Assembly: GCA_001821475.1 (NCBI GenBank)
Contig: MHMF01000036.1
Coordinates: 1-41,462 of the forward strand
Length of the DNA: 41,462 nucleotides
Source of the DNA: Candidatus Nealsonbacteria bacterium RIFCSPLOWO2_01_FULL_38_120
GTDB lineage: Bacteria; Patescibacteriota; Minisyncoccia; Minisyncoccales; GWA2-38-27
Reading direction: 5' to 3'
Part shown: piece by piece, positions 16,002 to 26,963 of the stretch
Position numbering within the stretch: the first letter of the stretch is position 1
Layout of the letters: each line of letters begins with the position of its first letter
Translations under genes and position numbers: made by a program
The notes under the pieces: generated by a model
What the model saw: only the letters and a program-made list of their open reading frames with translations
Told to the model about the DNA's origin: nothing
The model's database searches: none

Positions 16002-17525
16002 ATGTCTTACGAAATAATAGAAAAATTGAAACAGGCGATAGGCCAGTATGAAGATACGGAAAAACTGGAAGAAATAGGCCGGGTTATTGAATCGGGCGAC
16101 GGGATAGTAAAAATCTACGGATTGAAAAATGTGAAATCGCAGGAGGTTTTATCAATTGAAACTGCTGAAAATAAAATAGACGCGCTTGCCTTAAACTTGG
16201 AAGAGGACTCTGTGGGCGCTTTGGTTCTGGGCGATCATATTACCGTAAGAAGCGGGGATATCGTTAGAAGAACCAATAGACTGCTATCCATAGATGTCGG
16301 GAAAAGTTTATTGGGGAGAGTGGTGAGTCCTTTTGGCCGGCCGCTTGACGGAAAAGGTCCTGTATTCGCAGAAGGAAAATCAACTCAATATTTTTTAGAA
16401 AATGACGCTCCATCTGTTTTAGATCGTGAGCCGGTTAATACTCCTCTGCATACCGGCATCAAAACTATTGATTCAATGATACCCATAGGAAGAGGGCAGA
16501 GAGAGCTTATTATTGGCGATCGGCAAACAGGAAAAACAGCCATTGCCATTGATACTATAATAAATCAGCATTTGGACGCTTATAGAAAGATGCCGATTTG
16601 TATTTATGTGGCAATCGGGCAAAAAGAATCAAAAATAGCGAAAACAATTGAAACATTGAAAAATTTCGGAGCGTTGGAATATACAATTATTGTTTCCGCG
16701 CCCGCTTCTTCAAGCGCGGCTCTATGGTATTTAGCTCCTTACGCAGGGTGCGCGATCGGAGAATATTTTAGGGACAGGGGAGAGGATGCGGTTGTGATTT
16801 ACGACGATTTATCAAAGCACGCTTGGGCGTACAGGCAGATTTCTTTGCTCTTAAGGCGGCCCCCGGGAAGAGAAGCGTATCCGGGAGATATTTTTTATCT
16901 GCATTCCAGATTATTGGAAAGGGCGGCGAAATTATCCAAAGAAAAGGGTGGCGGTTCTTTGACGGCTTTGCCGATAGTTGAAACTCAGCTCGGCGATGTT
17001 ACGGCTTATATCCCGACCAATATTATTTCAATTACAGACGGCCAAATTTATCTTGAAAGCGATTTGTTTTACCAAGGCATAAGGCCCGCCGTTAATGTCG
17101 GCCTGTCTGTTTCCCGGGTAGGGTCAAAAGCCCAGACGTCGGCAATGAAAAGAATAGCAGGGAAGCTTCGTTTGGAGTTAGCCCAGTTCCGAGAGCTTCA
17201 GGCGTTTATTCAGTTCGCCTCCGATGTTGACGACACTACGAAGAAAAAAATCAAAAGAGGGCAGGTTATTACGGAAGCGTTGAAACAGCCGGATCTGAGC
17301 CCGATGCCATTTGAAAAGCAGCTTATTATTCTGTACGCTATGCTGAATAATTATTTTGACGATATAGACACGCTTGAACTGCCGGCTATACAAGCCAAGC
17401 TGATAGAAAATGTGGAGAAACTGCATAACATGGAAATAATGGAACCATTGAGAAAAACAGGAATACTTACAAAAGAGATAGAAGAAAAATTGAAAATAGC
17501 TATTACGAAAGTCGTCGCTAAATAG
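16002..17525 (+). CDS. atpA: F0F1 ATP synthase subunit alpha
   Basis: Walker A GDRQTGKTAIA, DDLSKHAWAYRQISLLLRRPPGREAYPGD. Confidence 0.97.
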   Translation: MSYEIIEKLKQAIGQYEDTEKLEEIGRVIESGDGIVKIYGLKNVKSQEVLSIETAENKIDALALNLEEDSVGALVLGDHITVRSGDIVRRTNRLLSIDVGKSLLGRVVSPFGRPLDGKGPVFAEGKSTQYFLENDAPSVLDREPVNTPLHTGIKTIDSMIPIGRGQRELIIGDRQTGKTAIAIDTIINQHLDAYRKMPICIYVAIGQKESKIAKTIETLKNFGALEYTIIVSAPASSSAALWYLAPYAGCAIGEYFRDRGEDAVVIYDDLSKHAWAYRQISLLLRRPPGREAYPGDIFYLHSRLLERAAKLSKEKGGGSLTALPIVETQLGDVTAYIPTNIISITDGQIYLESDLFYQGIRPAVNVGLSVSRVGSKAQTSAMKRIAGKLRLELAQFRELQAFIQFASDVDDTTKKKIKRGQVITEALKQPDLSPMPFEKQLIILYAMLNNYFDDIDTLELPAIQAKLIENVEKLHNMEIMEPLRKTGILTKEIEEKLKIAITKVVAK

Positions 17526-17544
17526 CCAAATACAAATTCCAACT

Positions 17545-19984
<2,440 letters not shown>

Positions 19985-19986
19985 TA

Positions 19987-20039
19987 TTGCGTGGCTATCC
20001 GATTGTAACATCGCGCGTGGTAATCGGATAGCCACGCAA
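19987..20039 (+). terminator. 18-bp perfect stem-loop between atpD and atpC (attenuator or terminator-like)
   Basis: TTGCGTGGCTATCCGATT .. AATCGGATAGCCACGCAA followed by an AT-rich tract. It lies inside the operon, so full termination is doubtful. Confidence 0.35.
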
Positions 20040-20050
20040 ATATTTTACTT

Positions 20051-20317
20051 ATGAAATTATTTATTTATTCGTTAAAAAATACGCTTTTTGAGAGCGAGGC
20101 CGAGTCCTTAACTTGCGAAACCGTGAATGGGCAGATTACTATTTTAAACAACCACGAGCCCCTGATTACTTTGCTAAAAGATGGGGTGATTAAGATAATT
20201 GACAAAAACCAAAAGGCAAGCTATATTCAAACTATGGGAGGGTTCCTTGAAATTCGCGGTTCAAACGAAGTTCGTTGCATAATAGATCAAAACATAACAA
20301 GTCAAAATGAGAACTAA
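20051..20317 (+). CDS. atpC: F0F1 ATP synthase subunit epsilon (N-terminal domain only)
   Basis: 88 aa. GQITILNNHEPLITLLKDGVIKI is the epsilon beta-sandwich block. Last atp gene. Confidence 0.8.
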   Translation: MKLFIYSLKNTLFESEAESLTCETVNGQITILNNHEPLITLLKDGVIKIIDKNQKASYIQTMGGFLEIRGSNEVRCIIDQNITSQNEN

Positions 20318-20319
20318 TT

Positions 20320-20805
20320 ATGGTGCTGAAACAAATCACATCGGTCGGGTTGAGGAAAGAGCACTACAAAGCAGGCGCTCTGATTCTTTATTGTGTTGAC
20401 CGCAGAGGCAAGGAGGCGCTTGAGGAGTTTATTCGCGTAAAAGAATTTGAACATTACGATCTAATCCAGATTCCCGGAGGCGCGAAGGCACTTGTTGCCC
20501 CTATGAATGATATTACAGGAAGGAGAAGTATTTGGAACTATATTGTCCGATTAGTAGGGAGAAAGATGATCTTAAGTTGGATTTCAATATTAATCCAACT
20601 GCATCATGCGGGGCGTATAATTCTGACGACCCATATTGATTGTGGCGCTTTTGGCGGAAGTTCTTCGTTTCTCCTTCCAGAGTTGGAGCGTGGAATCCAC
20701 AAAAGCTGGCTTAGAAAGAGCAAGGATTTTTTGGCTAAGAAATTTCCTAAAATCCCGATTGAGGCGTATTTCGTTGACTATGACGGATTTTGGCAGGTTT
20801 TTTAA
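20320..20805 (+). CDS. beta-carbonic-anhydrase-like fold protein (tentative)
   Basis: LILYCVDRR (CxDxR), DLIQIPGGAK, and IILTTHIDCGAFGG (HxxCG) resemble the zinc-ligand blocks of beta-class carbonic anhydrases. The start is 2 nt after the atpC stop. Confidence 0.4.
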   Translation: MVLKQITSVGLRKEHYKAGALILYCVDRRGKEALEEFIRVKEFEHYDLIQIPGGAKALVAPMNDITGRRSIWNYIVRLVGRKMILSWISILIQLHHAGRIILTTHIDCGAFGGSSSFLLPELERGIHKSWLRKSKDFLAKKFPKIPIEAYFVDYDGFWQVF

Positions 20806-20841
20806 CTGAATCCGGTCGGTTTTTTTCTCGCAACTCTCCAT

Positions 20842-20870
20842 GAGACAATATAATATTGTCTCCTTTTTTT
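20842..20870 (+). terminator. rho-independent terminator
   Basis: GAGACAATAT-A-ATATTGTCTC followed by CTTTTTTTA. Confidence 0.7.
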
Positions 20871-20895
20871 ATTTTCCAACAGATAAATTAAATTA

Positions 20896-20945
20896 TTTTA
20901 TCGTCAATTAAAAACCACGATCGTGGTTTTTAATTGACGATAAAA
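20896..20945. repeat. perfect 50-bp palindrome centred on GATC (family of 3225-3272)
   Basis: TTTTATCGTCAATTAAAAACCACGA / TCGTGGTTTTTAATTGACGATAAAA. The central 28 bp are identical to 3235-3262. Confidence 0.9.
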
Positions 20946-21019
20946 ATAGATATTGCGGACACATACACTTTTATATCTTTTTTTGACGAAAATGGAAAGC
21001 AGATATAGGATAAAATATT

Positions 21020-22150
21020 ATGGAACCATTGGCGTCGAAAATCAGGCCGAGGCGGCTGGAGGACTTCTTTGGGCAGGATCATTTAGTGGGGGAGGGGAAG
21101 CCCCTTAATGTTGGCATAAAACAAAAACATCTTTTTTCTTTTATTTTTTGGGGGCCGCCGGGAACAGGGAAAACAACTCTGGCAAAAATATACGCTAATT
21201 GTCTTAATGCCAAGCTGTATGAGTTGTCGGCGGTTTCGGCCGGCAAAGCGGACATTAAAAAAATAATTAACGAGGATTCCAGCGGCATTTCCAAAGTTTT
21301 ATTTTTGGACGAAATTCACCGCTTTAATAAATCTCAACAGGATTTTCTGCTTCCTTTTGTTGAAAAAGGAGAAATAACGCTTATTGGCGCCACAACCGAG
21401 AATCCGAGCTTTGAAGTGATACCCGCCCTGCTTTCCAGGTGCCGGGTTTTTGTTTTGAACGAGCTTTCGGACGAAAATATGACGGCCATTATCAAAAGGA
21501 CTGGCTTGAAAATAGATAAAAAATCTGAGGAGTGGCTGATAAATATGGCAAATGGAGATGCTCGGCAGGCGATTACGATGCTGGAAAACACTAACGAGCT
21601 TTACAAAAAAATCACATTGGAAAATTTAAAAAACGCCTTGCAGTCAAAATTTTTAAGGTATGACAAGGCAGGGGAGGAACATTATAATACTATTTCCGCT
21701 TTTATTAAAAGCATGAGGGCGAGCCAGCCGGACTCTGCTTTGTACTATCTGGCGCGCATGGTTGATTCCGGCGAGGATCCGAAATTTATAGCGCGGAGGA
21801 TGGTTATTTTCGCTTCCGAAGATATCGGTGTAAGCCAGCCGACCGCTTTGGTGGTTGCCAACGATGTTTTCAGGGCAGTAGAAATTATTGGCTTGCCGGA
21901 ATGCGCGATAAATCTAGCGCACGGAGTTGTCTATTTATGCCTTTGCAAAAAAGACAGAAGCGCTTACAATGCATATGTGTCGGCGATGGAAGATGTTAAA
22001 AAATACGGAAACCTGCCTATCCCACTGGAGGTAAAAAATCCGGAAACAAATCTTATGAAAGAATTGAATTACGGCAAAGGATACGAAAAATATTCTAAAG
22101 ATTCGTTTCTGCCCGATAAACTAAAAAACAAAAAATATTTCAAAAGATAA
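21020..22150 (+). CDS. rarA: replication-associated recombination protein A
   Basis: [22 protein letters not shown], and the MgsA C-terminal block [18 protein letters not shown]. Confidence 0.9.
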   Translation: MEPLASKIRPRRLEDFFGQDHLVGEGKPLNVGIKQKHLFSFIFWGPPGTGKTTLAKIYANCLNAKLYELSAVSAGKADIKKIINEDSSGISKVLFLDEIHRFNKSQQDFLLPFVEKGEITLIGATTENPSFEVIPALLSRCRVFVLNELSDENMTAIIKRTGLKIDKKSEEWLINMANGDARQAITMLENTNELYKKITLENLKNALQSKFLRYDKAGEEHYNTISAFIKSMRASQPDSALYYLARMVDSGEDPKFIARRMVIFASEDIGVSQPTALVVANDVFRAVEIIGLPECAINLAHGVVYLCLCKKDRSAYNAYVSAMEDVKKYGNLPIPLEVKNPETNLMKELNYGKGYEKYSKDSFLPDKLKNKKYFKR

Positions 22151-22162
22151 AATGGTATAAAT

Positions 22163-22200
22163 CTTTCACGTTCCAAAGCGTGAAAGCTTTTGGAATTTTT
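22163..22200 (+). terminator. rho-independent terminator after rarA
   Basis: CTTTCACG-TTCCAAAG-CGTGAAAG followed by CTTTTGGAATTTTTTTA. Confidence 0.55.
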
Positions 22201-22238
22201 TTATTTGCGTTGAATTTATTAAATAGTAAAATAAAAAT

Positions 22239-25175
22239 ATGGATTTGGAGTTGGAAAAATTAAATAAAGAACAAAAAGAGGCGGTTTTACATAAAGAGGG
22301 CCCGCTTTTGATAGTTGCCGGAGCCGGGACAGGAAAAACAACTGTAATCACGAAAAGGATCGCTTGTTTAATTGAGGAGGGCATGGCAAAACCTGAAGAG
22401 ATTTTGGCTGTAACTTTTACGGAAAAAGCGGCTGAAGAAATGGAGGAAAGAGTTGACAAAATGCTTCCTTTTGGCTATGCGGATTTATGGATTTCAACTT
22501 TCCATTCTTTCTGCGAAAGGATTTTAAGGGATTACACTTTGGACATCGGCCTGCCTACCGACTTTAATGTCTTAGACCAGACAGCCGGCTGGCTTTTGGT
22601 TTATCGGAATTTTGACAAGTTTAATCTGAATTATTACAGACCATTAGGCAATCCGACAAAATTTATCCAGGCTTTGGTTTCTCATTTTTCCCATTGCAAA
22701 GATCAAGAAATTTACCCTGATGATTATCTGGAATACGCCGAGAAGCTGAAAACAAGAGACGATATGCCCGAAAACAGCGAAACAGAAAGAATAAAAGAGG
22801 TTGCCAATGCTTATCACGCCTACCAATATCTACTTTTGGAAAATGGATTTTTAGACTTCGGGGATTTGATAAATTACTGTTTAAAACTTTTCAAAAAAAG
22901 GCCTTTGGTTTTGGAAAAATACAGGGAAAAATTCAAATACATTTTAGTCGATGAATTTCAGGACACAAACTGGGCGCAATACGAACTGATAAAAATTTTA
23001 TCCGCTCCGAAAAATAATTTGGTCGTATGCGCTGACGACGATCAAGCAATTTACCGCTGGAGAGGAGCTTCGTTTAGCAATATAATTCAATTCAAAAAGG
23101 ACTTTCCGGAGGCGAAACAAATCTCTTTAGTAAATAATTACAGGTCTTTCCAGAATATTTTGGATTTGGCTTATAAGTTTATAAAATTTAATGATCCGGA
23201 CAGATTGGAATTTGTCAATAAAATAGATAAAAAATTAATTTCCCGGCAAAGCGGAGAAGGGGAGATAGAGCATATCAGCGCCAAAAATTTGAATGAAGAA
23301 GTTAATAAAATAATAAATAAAATTTTGGAAATTTTGAAAAAAGATAAAGAGGCGAATTACAACGATTTTGCTATCTTGGTGAGGGCGAATGACGCCGCAA
23401 ACCATTTTGTAAAAGCGCTGGAAAGGGCTGGTTTGCCTTACCAATTTTTAGCGTCGCGCGGGCTTTATTCAAAGCCAATTATTTTGGATATAGTTTCTTA
23501 TTTTAAGCTTTTGGATAATTATCACGAGAGTTCGGCTGTATATAGAATTTTGAATATAGGGTTTTTAGATATTCCGGTTGAAGATATAATGAAGCTTACG
23601 CGCTATAGTTCTCGCAGGACAAAATCGCTTTACGAGGCAATGGATGAACTTTCTTTAATTCCCGGAATTTCCCAAGAAGGAAGCGAGAAGATTATTTCTG
23701 TTTTTAGCTTGATTAAAAAACACAGCGCTCTTTGCCGGGAAAAACTAACTTCGGAAATGCTATCGCTTTTTTTGGAAGAATCAGGTTATCTTAAATATCT
23801 CGTGGGAAAAGAAAGCAAGGAGCAGATAGACTTTATCACCCAATTTTACAAAAAAATAAAGGACTTTGAAGCGGCCGGTGTTGAGCCGACTCTGAATAAT
23901 TTTGTAAAAGAAATAAACCTTGAAATAGAATCCGGGGAAGAGGGAAAAATTCAGTTTGACCAAGAACAGGGGCCGGATATGATAAAGATTATGACAATCC
24001 ATGGAGCCAAAGGCTTGGAATTCAAATATGTTTTTCTGGTGAATATGGTTGACAAAAGATTTCCGACTATTGGAAGAAAGGATTTAATTGAATTGCCCGA
24101 AGATATGATTAAAGACATAAAGCCAAAGGGAGATGTTCATTTGCAGGAAGAAAGGAGGCTTTGTTATGTGGCGATGACGAGGGCGAAAAAAGGGCTTTAT
24201 TTTACTTCAGCGTTTGATTACGGCGGAGCTAGAAAAAAGAAATTGTCGCGGTTTTTAAGTGAAATGGGCCATAACGAAATAATTACGAATTATGAATTAC
24301 GAATTATGAATGACTTGACAACCGAGAAACCGGCGCCGATAGAAAAAAGAGAGAAAATAAAGGCGGAGTATTTACCGGAGCAGTTTTCTTATTCTCAATT
24401 GGCGGCTTTTGAAAAATGCCCCTTGCAATATAAATTCAATTTTATTTTAAGGGTTCCAGTGAGAGGCAAGGCGGTTTTCTCTTTCGGAAAAACAATGCAT
24501 AACGCTTTATTTATGTTTTTGAAAGCCGCGGCTGAAAATAGCGCTAAAAGCCAGGATAATTTATTTGGATTTAGCGGGAAAAAAATTAAATTAGAAGATA
24601 AAGGTAATTTTCCCGGGCTTGATTATTTTATGGATATATACGAAAAGAGCTGGATTGACGAATGGTATGGAGATAAAAAGCAAAAAGAAGAATATTATAA
24701 GCTTGGGAAAAAAATAGTGAGAGACGCGCACTCTGAATTTTTAAAAAATCCGCCAAAGGTTTTGAAAATTGGTCAGGAATTTGCCTTGGAAATGCCATTT
24801 AATTTGAAAATAGGGGAGCGCTCATTGCGCGGAGTAGTGGATCGCATAGACGAGATGGAGGACGGAGTGGCAATTATTGATTATAAAACAGGGAAGACAA
24901 AAGAAAAACTAGAAGCCGACGATAAAGAACAATTATTAATTTATCAAATAGCCGCGGAAGAAATTTTCAAAATAAAACCAAAAATTTTAACTTATTATTA
25001 TCTTGAAGAAGGAAAAAAAACATCTTTTATTGGCTTTGAAACAGACAAAAATGATCTGAAAGAAAAAATAACACAAGAAATCAGCAGGATAAAAGAGAGC
25101 GATTTTTCAGCAACGCCTGGCTGGCATTGCGGTTTTTGTGATTTCAAAGATATTTGCGATTTTGCGGAGAGATAA
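22239..25175 (+). CDS. UvrD/PcrA-type SF1 helicase fused to a C-terminal PD-(D/E)XK (Cas4/AddB-like, Cys-cluster) nuclease
   Basis: AGAGTGKTT, DEFQDTN, TIHGAKGLEF, CYVAMTRAKK and SRFLSE mark the end of the helicase. The nuclease follows with EKCPLQYKF, VDRIDE..IIDYKTGK and WHCGFCDFKDIC. Confidence 0.85.
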   Translation: MDLELEKLNKEQKEAVLHKEGPLLIVAGAGTGKTTVITKRIACLIEEGMAKPEEILAVTFTEKAAEEMEERVDKMLPFGYADLWISTFHSFCERILRDYTLDIGLPTDFNVLDQTAGWLLVYRNFDKFNLNYYRPLGNPTKFIQALVSHFSHCKDQEIYPDDYLEYAEKLKTRDDMPENSETERIKEVANAYHAYQYLLLENGFLDFGDLINYCLKLFKKRPLVLEKYREKFKYILVDEFQDTNWAQYELIKILSAPKNNLVVCADDDQAIYRWRGASFSNIIQFKKDFPEAKQISLVNNYRSFQNILDLAYKFIKFNDPDRLEFVNKIDKKLISRQSGEGEIEHISAKNLNEEVNKIINKILEILKKDKEANYNDFAILVRANDAANHFVKALERAGLPYQFLASRGLYSKPIILDIVSYFKLLDNYHESSAVYRILNIGFLDIPVEDIMKLTRYSSRRTKSLYEAMDELSLIPGISQEGSEKIISVFSLIKKHSALCREKLTSEMLSLFLEESGYLKYLVGKESKEQIDFITQFYKKIKDFEAAGVEPTLNNFVKEINLEIESGEEGKIQFDQEQGPDMIKIMTIHGAKGLEFKYVFLVNMVDKRFPTIGRKDLIELPEDMIKDIKPKGDVHLQEERRLCYVAMTRAKKGLYFTSAFDYGGARKKKLSRFLSEMGHNEIITNYELRIMNDLTTEKPAPIEKREKIKAEYLPEQFSYSQLAAFEKCPLQYKFNFILRVPVRGKAVFSFGKTMHNALFMFLKAAAENSAKSQDNLFGFSGKKIKLEDKGNFPGLDYFMDIYEKSWIDEWYGDKKQKEEYYKLGKKIVRDAHSEFLKNPPKVLKIGQEFALEMPFNLKIGERSLRGVVDRIDEMEDGVAIIDYKTGKTKEKLEADDKEQLLIYQIAAEEIFKIKPKILTYYYLEEGKKTSFIGFETDKNDLKEKITQEISRIKESDFSATPGWHCGFCDFKDICDFAER

Positions 25176-25176
25176 T

Positions 25177-25330
25177 GACGAAACTAAAAGCGTAAAACGA
25201 AAAGCGTAAAATTATTGTGTCGTTTCGCGACAATAATTATGACGGGGACATTCCTCGCCATAACCATGGCGAGGAATGTCCCCGTCATAATTGATACCTA
25301 AATTTTATATTTTTCGTTTTGCATTTTTAA
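25177..25330. repeat. modular palindromic element (inverted relative to 18481-18610)
   Basis: Terminal modules GCGTAAAACGAAAAGCGTA and TTGATACCTAAATTTTATATTTTTCGTTTTGC are reverse complements of modules at 18580-18598 and 18489-18520. It encloses a ~25-bp perfect hairpin, TTATGACGGGGACATTCCTCGCCAT..ATGGCGAGGAATGTCCCCGTCATAA. Confidence 0.8.
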
Positions 25331-25333
25331 TTC

Positions 25334-25384
25334 CAAAAAAAGAGCCTGCCGGGAAAAAGGAATTGTCCTTTTCTGTAGCAGGCT
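25334..25384 (-). terminator. rho-independent terminator for the minus-strand gene
   Basis: On the minus strand, AGCCTGC..(inner AAAGGA-CAA-TTCCTTT)..GCAGGCT is followed by CTTTTTTTGG. Confidence 0.55.
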
Positions 25385-25411
25385 ATAGAGATCGTTGAGC
25401 ATGGAAAATGC

Positions 25412-25723
25412 TTAATTGTCCTCCTCTGGTGGTACCGGCGAGATAATATGCTCTGGTTTGGGTCCATCGGCGTCGGAGAATATCTCGCCGAGCGGCACTC
25501 CGGGCTTCGGCTTGTCGTTGCCGTTGTCGGCATTGACGGCCAAATAGTCGTCAACGAGTTCTAAGATGATCGGTTTCATAAACTCCAACAATTCACCATA
25601 GGAAATCGCGATCATCCGCGCGACTTTTTTAATCTCGGACTGCGAGGGGAATATAATACCCCTCTCTTGCAGTTGATACTTGACCAACTTGAGAGCGATT
25701 TCGCCTTGCCGTTGCGGATTCAT
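25412..25723 (-). CDS. hypothetical protein (103 aa), visibly GC-richer than neighbours
   Basis: The only convincing minus-strand ORF in the window. It has its own terminator and a divergent upstream region. No family recognised. Confidence 0.55.
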   Translation of the reverse strand: MNPQRQGEIALKLVKYQLQERGIIFPSQSEIKKVARMIAISYGELLEFMKPIILELVDDYLAVNADNGNDKPKPGVPLGEIFSDADGPKPEHIISPVPPEEDN

Positions 25724-25853
25724 AGAATCTCCTTTCTAAATAAGGTGCTGTCTCTACGATAACCTCGTAGTAGTTTTTTGGCTTTGAACTATGTTATATT
25801 ATATTCCTATTATTAAAAATAGTCAAGCGGGAGTCGGATTTTGGCGCTAACTA

Positions 25854-25883
25854 TTGACATTGGTTATTAACATATGCTAATCT
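25854..25883 (+). promoter_or_regulatory. candidate promoter for the HTH-ATPase gene
   Basis: Consensus TTGACA at 25854-25859, 18-nt spacer, TAATCT at 25878-25883, about 25 nt before ATG 25908. Confidence 0.3.
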
Positions 25884-25907
25884 GAAATAAATCAAGTTAA
25901 CAATAAT

Positions 25908-26633
25908 ATGGAACTAAAAGAATTTTACACAACGGCTGAATTAGCTGAGATATTGGGAATCAGTAGGGTGGCTGTGTTCAACAAAATAAAGAAAGGCGAA
26001 ATAAAAGCTCTGAAAATGGGCCGTAATTTTGTCATATTCAAAAAAGATATCGGAGACATTGAAAATTTTTTGAGTAATTTATTCAAACTTGCCAAAGAAT
26101 GGGTTGCTTTTGAAAAAGAATTTCCTGAGCAATTTTATTGCCAAAACAGCGCGGTTTTTCAGGACCGCGTAACAAAAATGGAAACTTTAATGATCCAGCA
26201 CAAAAATGCAAAAAAGTTGTTTTCTTTATTAACATCTATCACCGGCGAAATAGGAAATAATTCATACGATCATAATTTGGGCCAATGGCCGGATATTCCG
26301 GGAATATTTTTCGCATATGATTTAAATAAGAGACAAATTATTTTGGCGGATAGGGGATTGGGAGTTTTGGAAACTTTAAAAAGAGTCCTGCCAGAACTTA
26401 AAAATCACGAACAGGCCTTGATGGTAGCTTTTACAAAAATAATTTCTGGCAGAAAACCGGAGGCGCGCGGCAATGGGCTGAAATATGTAAAGAATGTTAT
26501 TTTAAAATATCCAATAGATTTAATATTTCAAACTGGAGACGCAAAATTAACCTTAAAAGGGAATGGCATGGATGTCAATATGGAAAAAAGCCCGGTAAAT
26601 ATCCGCGGCTGTCTTGCTTTAATAACATATTAA
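25908..26633 (+). CDS. excisionase/MerR-type HTH fused to a GHKL (RsbW/SpoIIAB-like) ATPase domain
   Basis: HTH: YTTAELAEILGISRVAVFNKIKKGEIKALKMGRNFVIFKKDI. Bergerat-fold boxes: EIGNNSYDHN (N box), ADRGLGV (G1), RGNGLKYV (G2). Confidence 0.65.
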   Translation: MELKEFYTTAELAEILGISRVAVFNKIKKGEIKALKMGRNFVIFKKDIGDIENFLSNLFKLAKEWVAFEKEFPEQFYCQNSAVFQDRVTKMETLMIQHKNAKKLFSLLTSITGEIGNNSYDHNLGQWPDIPGIFFAYDLNKRQIILADRGLGVLETLKRVLPELKNHEQALMVAFTKIISGRKPEARGNGLKYVKNVILKYPIDLIFQTGDAKLTLKGNGMDVNMEKSPVNIRGCLALITY

Positions 26634-26651
26634 CTTTTGTAATTTGTAATT

Positions 26652-26942
26652 ATGATTATAGAGCTAAAAAAATTTGGGACAACTCTTTTATCGCGTCAGA
26701 CAGGGAAGGAGGCGGCTTTAGCTTGCCAGACATTATTGAAAAATATTAAGAAAAGTGAAAAAATTGAAGTTGATTTCAAAGGAGTTTTGACTTTTTCGCC
26801 ATCTTGGGGGGACGAGTTTTTGACACCATTGCTGAAGACATACGGAGAGAGACTAATTCTAAAGAATACAAGCAATCTATCAGTGCAGGCGACTTTAGAT
26901 ATATTGCAACAAACTATTGGTAAAAATTTTTCCAAAAATTAA
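26652..26942 (+). CDS. STAS-like small protein (DUF4325-type)
   Basis: The pattern LSRQTGKEAA..KIEVDFKGVLTFSPSWGDEFLTPLL matches the DUF4325 layout (iDFxgV..sxSFxDEf) as I remember it. It lies 18 nt downstream of the ATPase gene on the same strand. Confidence 0.5.
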   Translation: MIIELKKFGTTLLSRQTGKEAALACQTLLKNIKKSEKIEVDFKGVLTFSPSWGDEFLTPLLKTYGERLILKNTSNLSVQATLDILQQTIGKNFSKN

Positions 26943-26963
26943 AAAAACGGCTTCAACTTTGGT

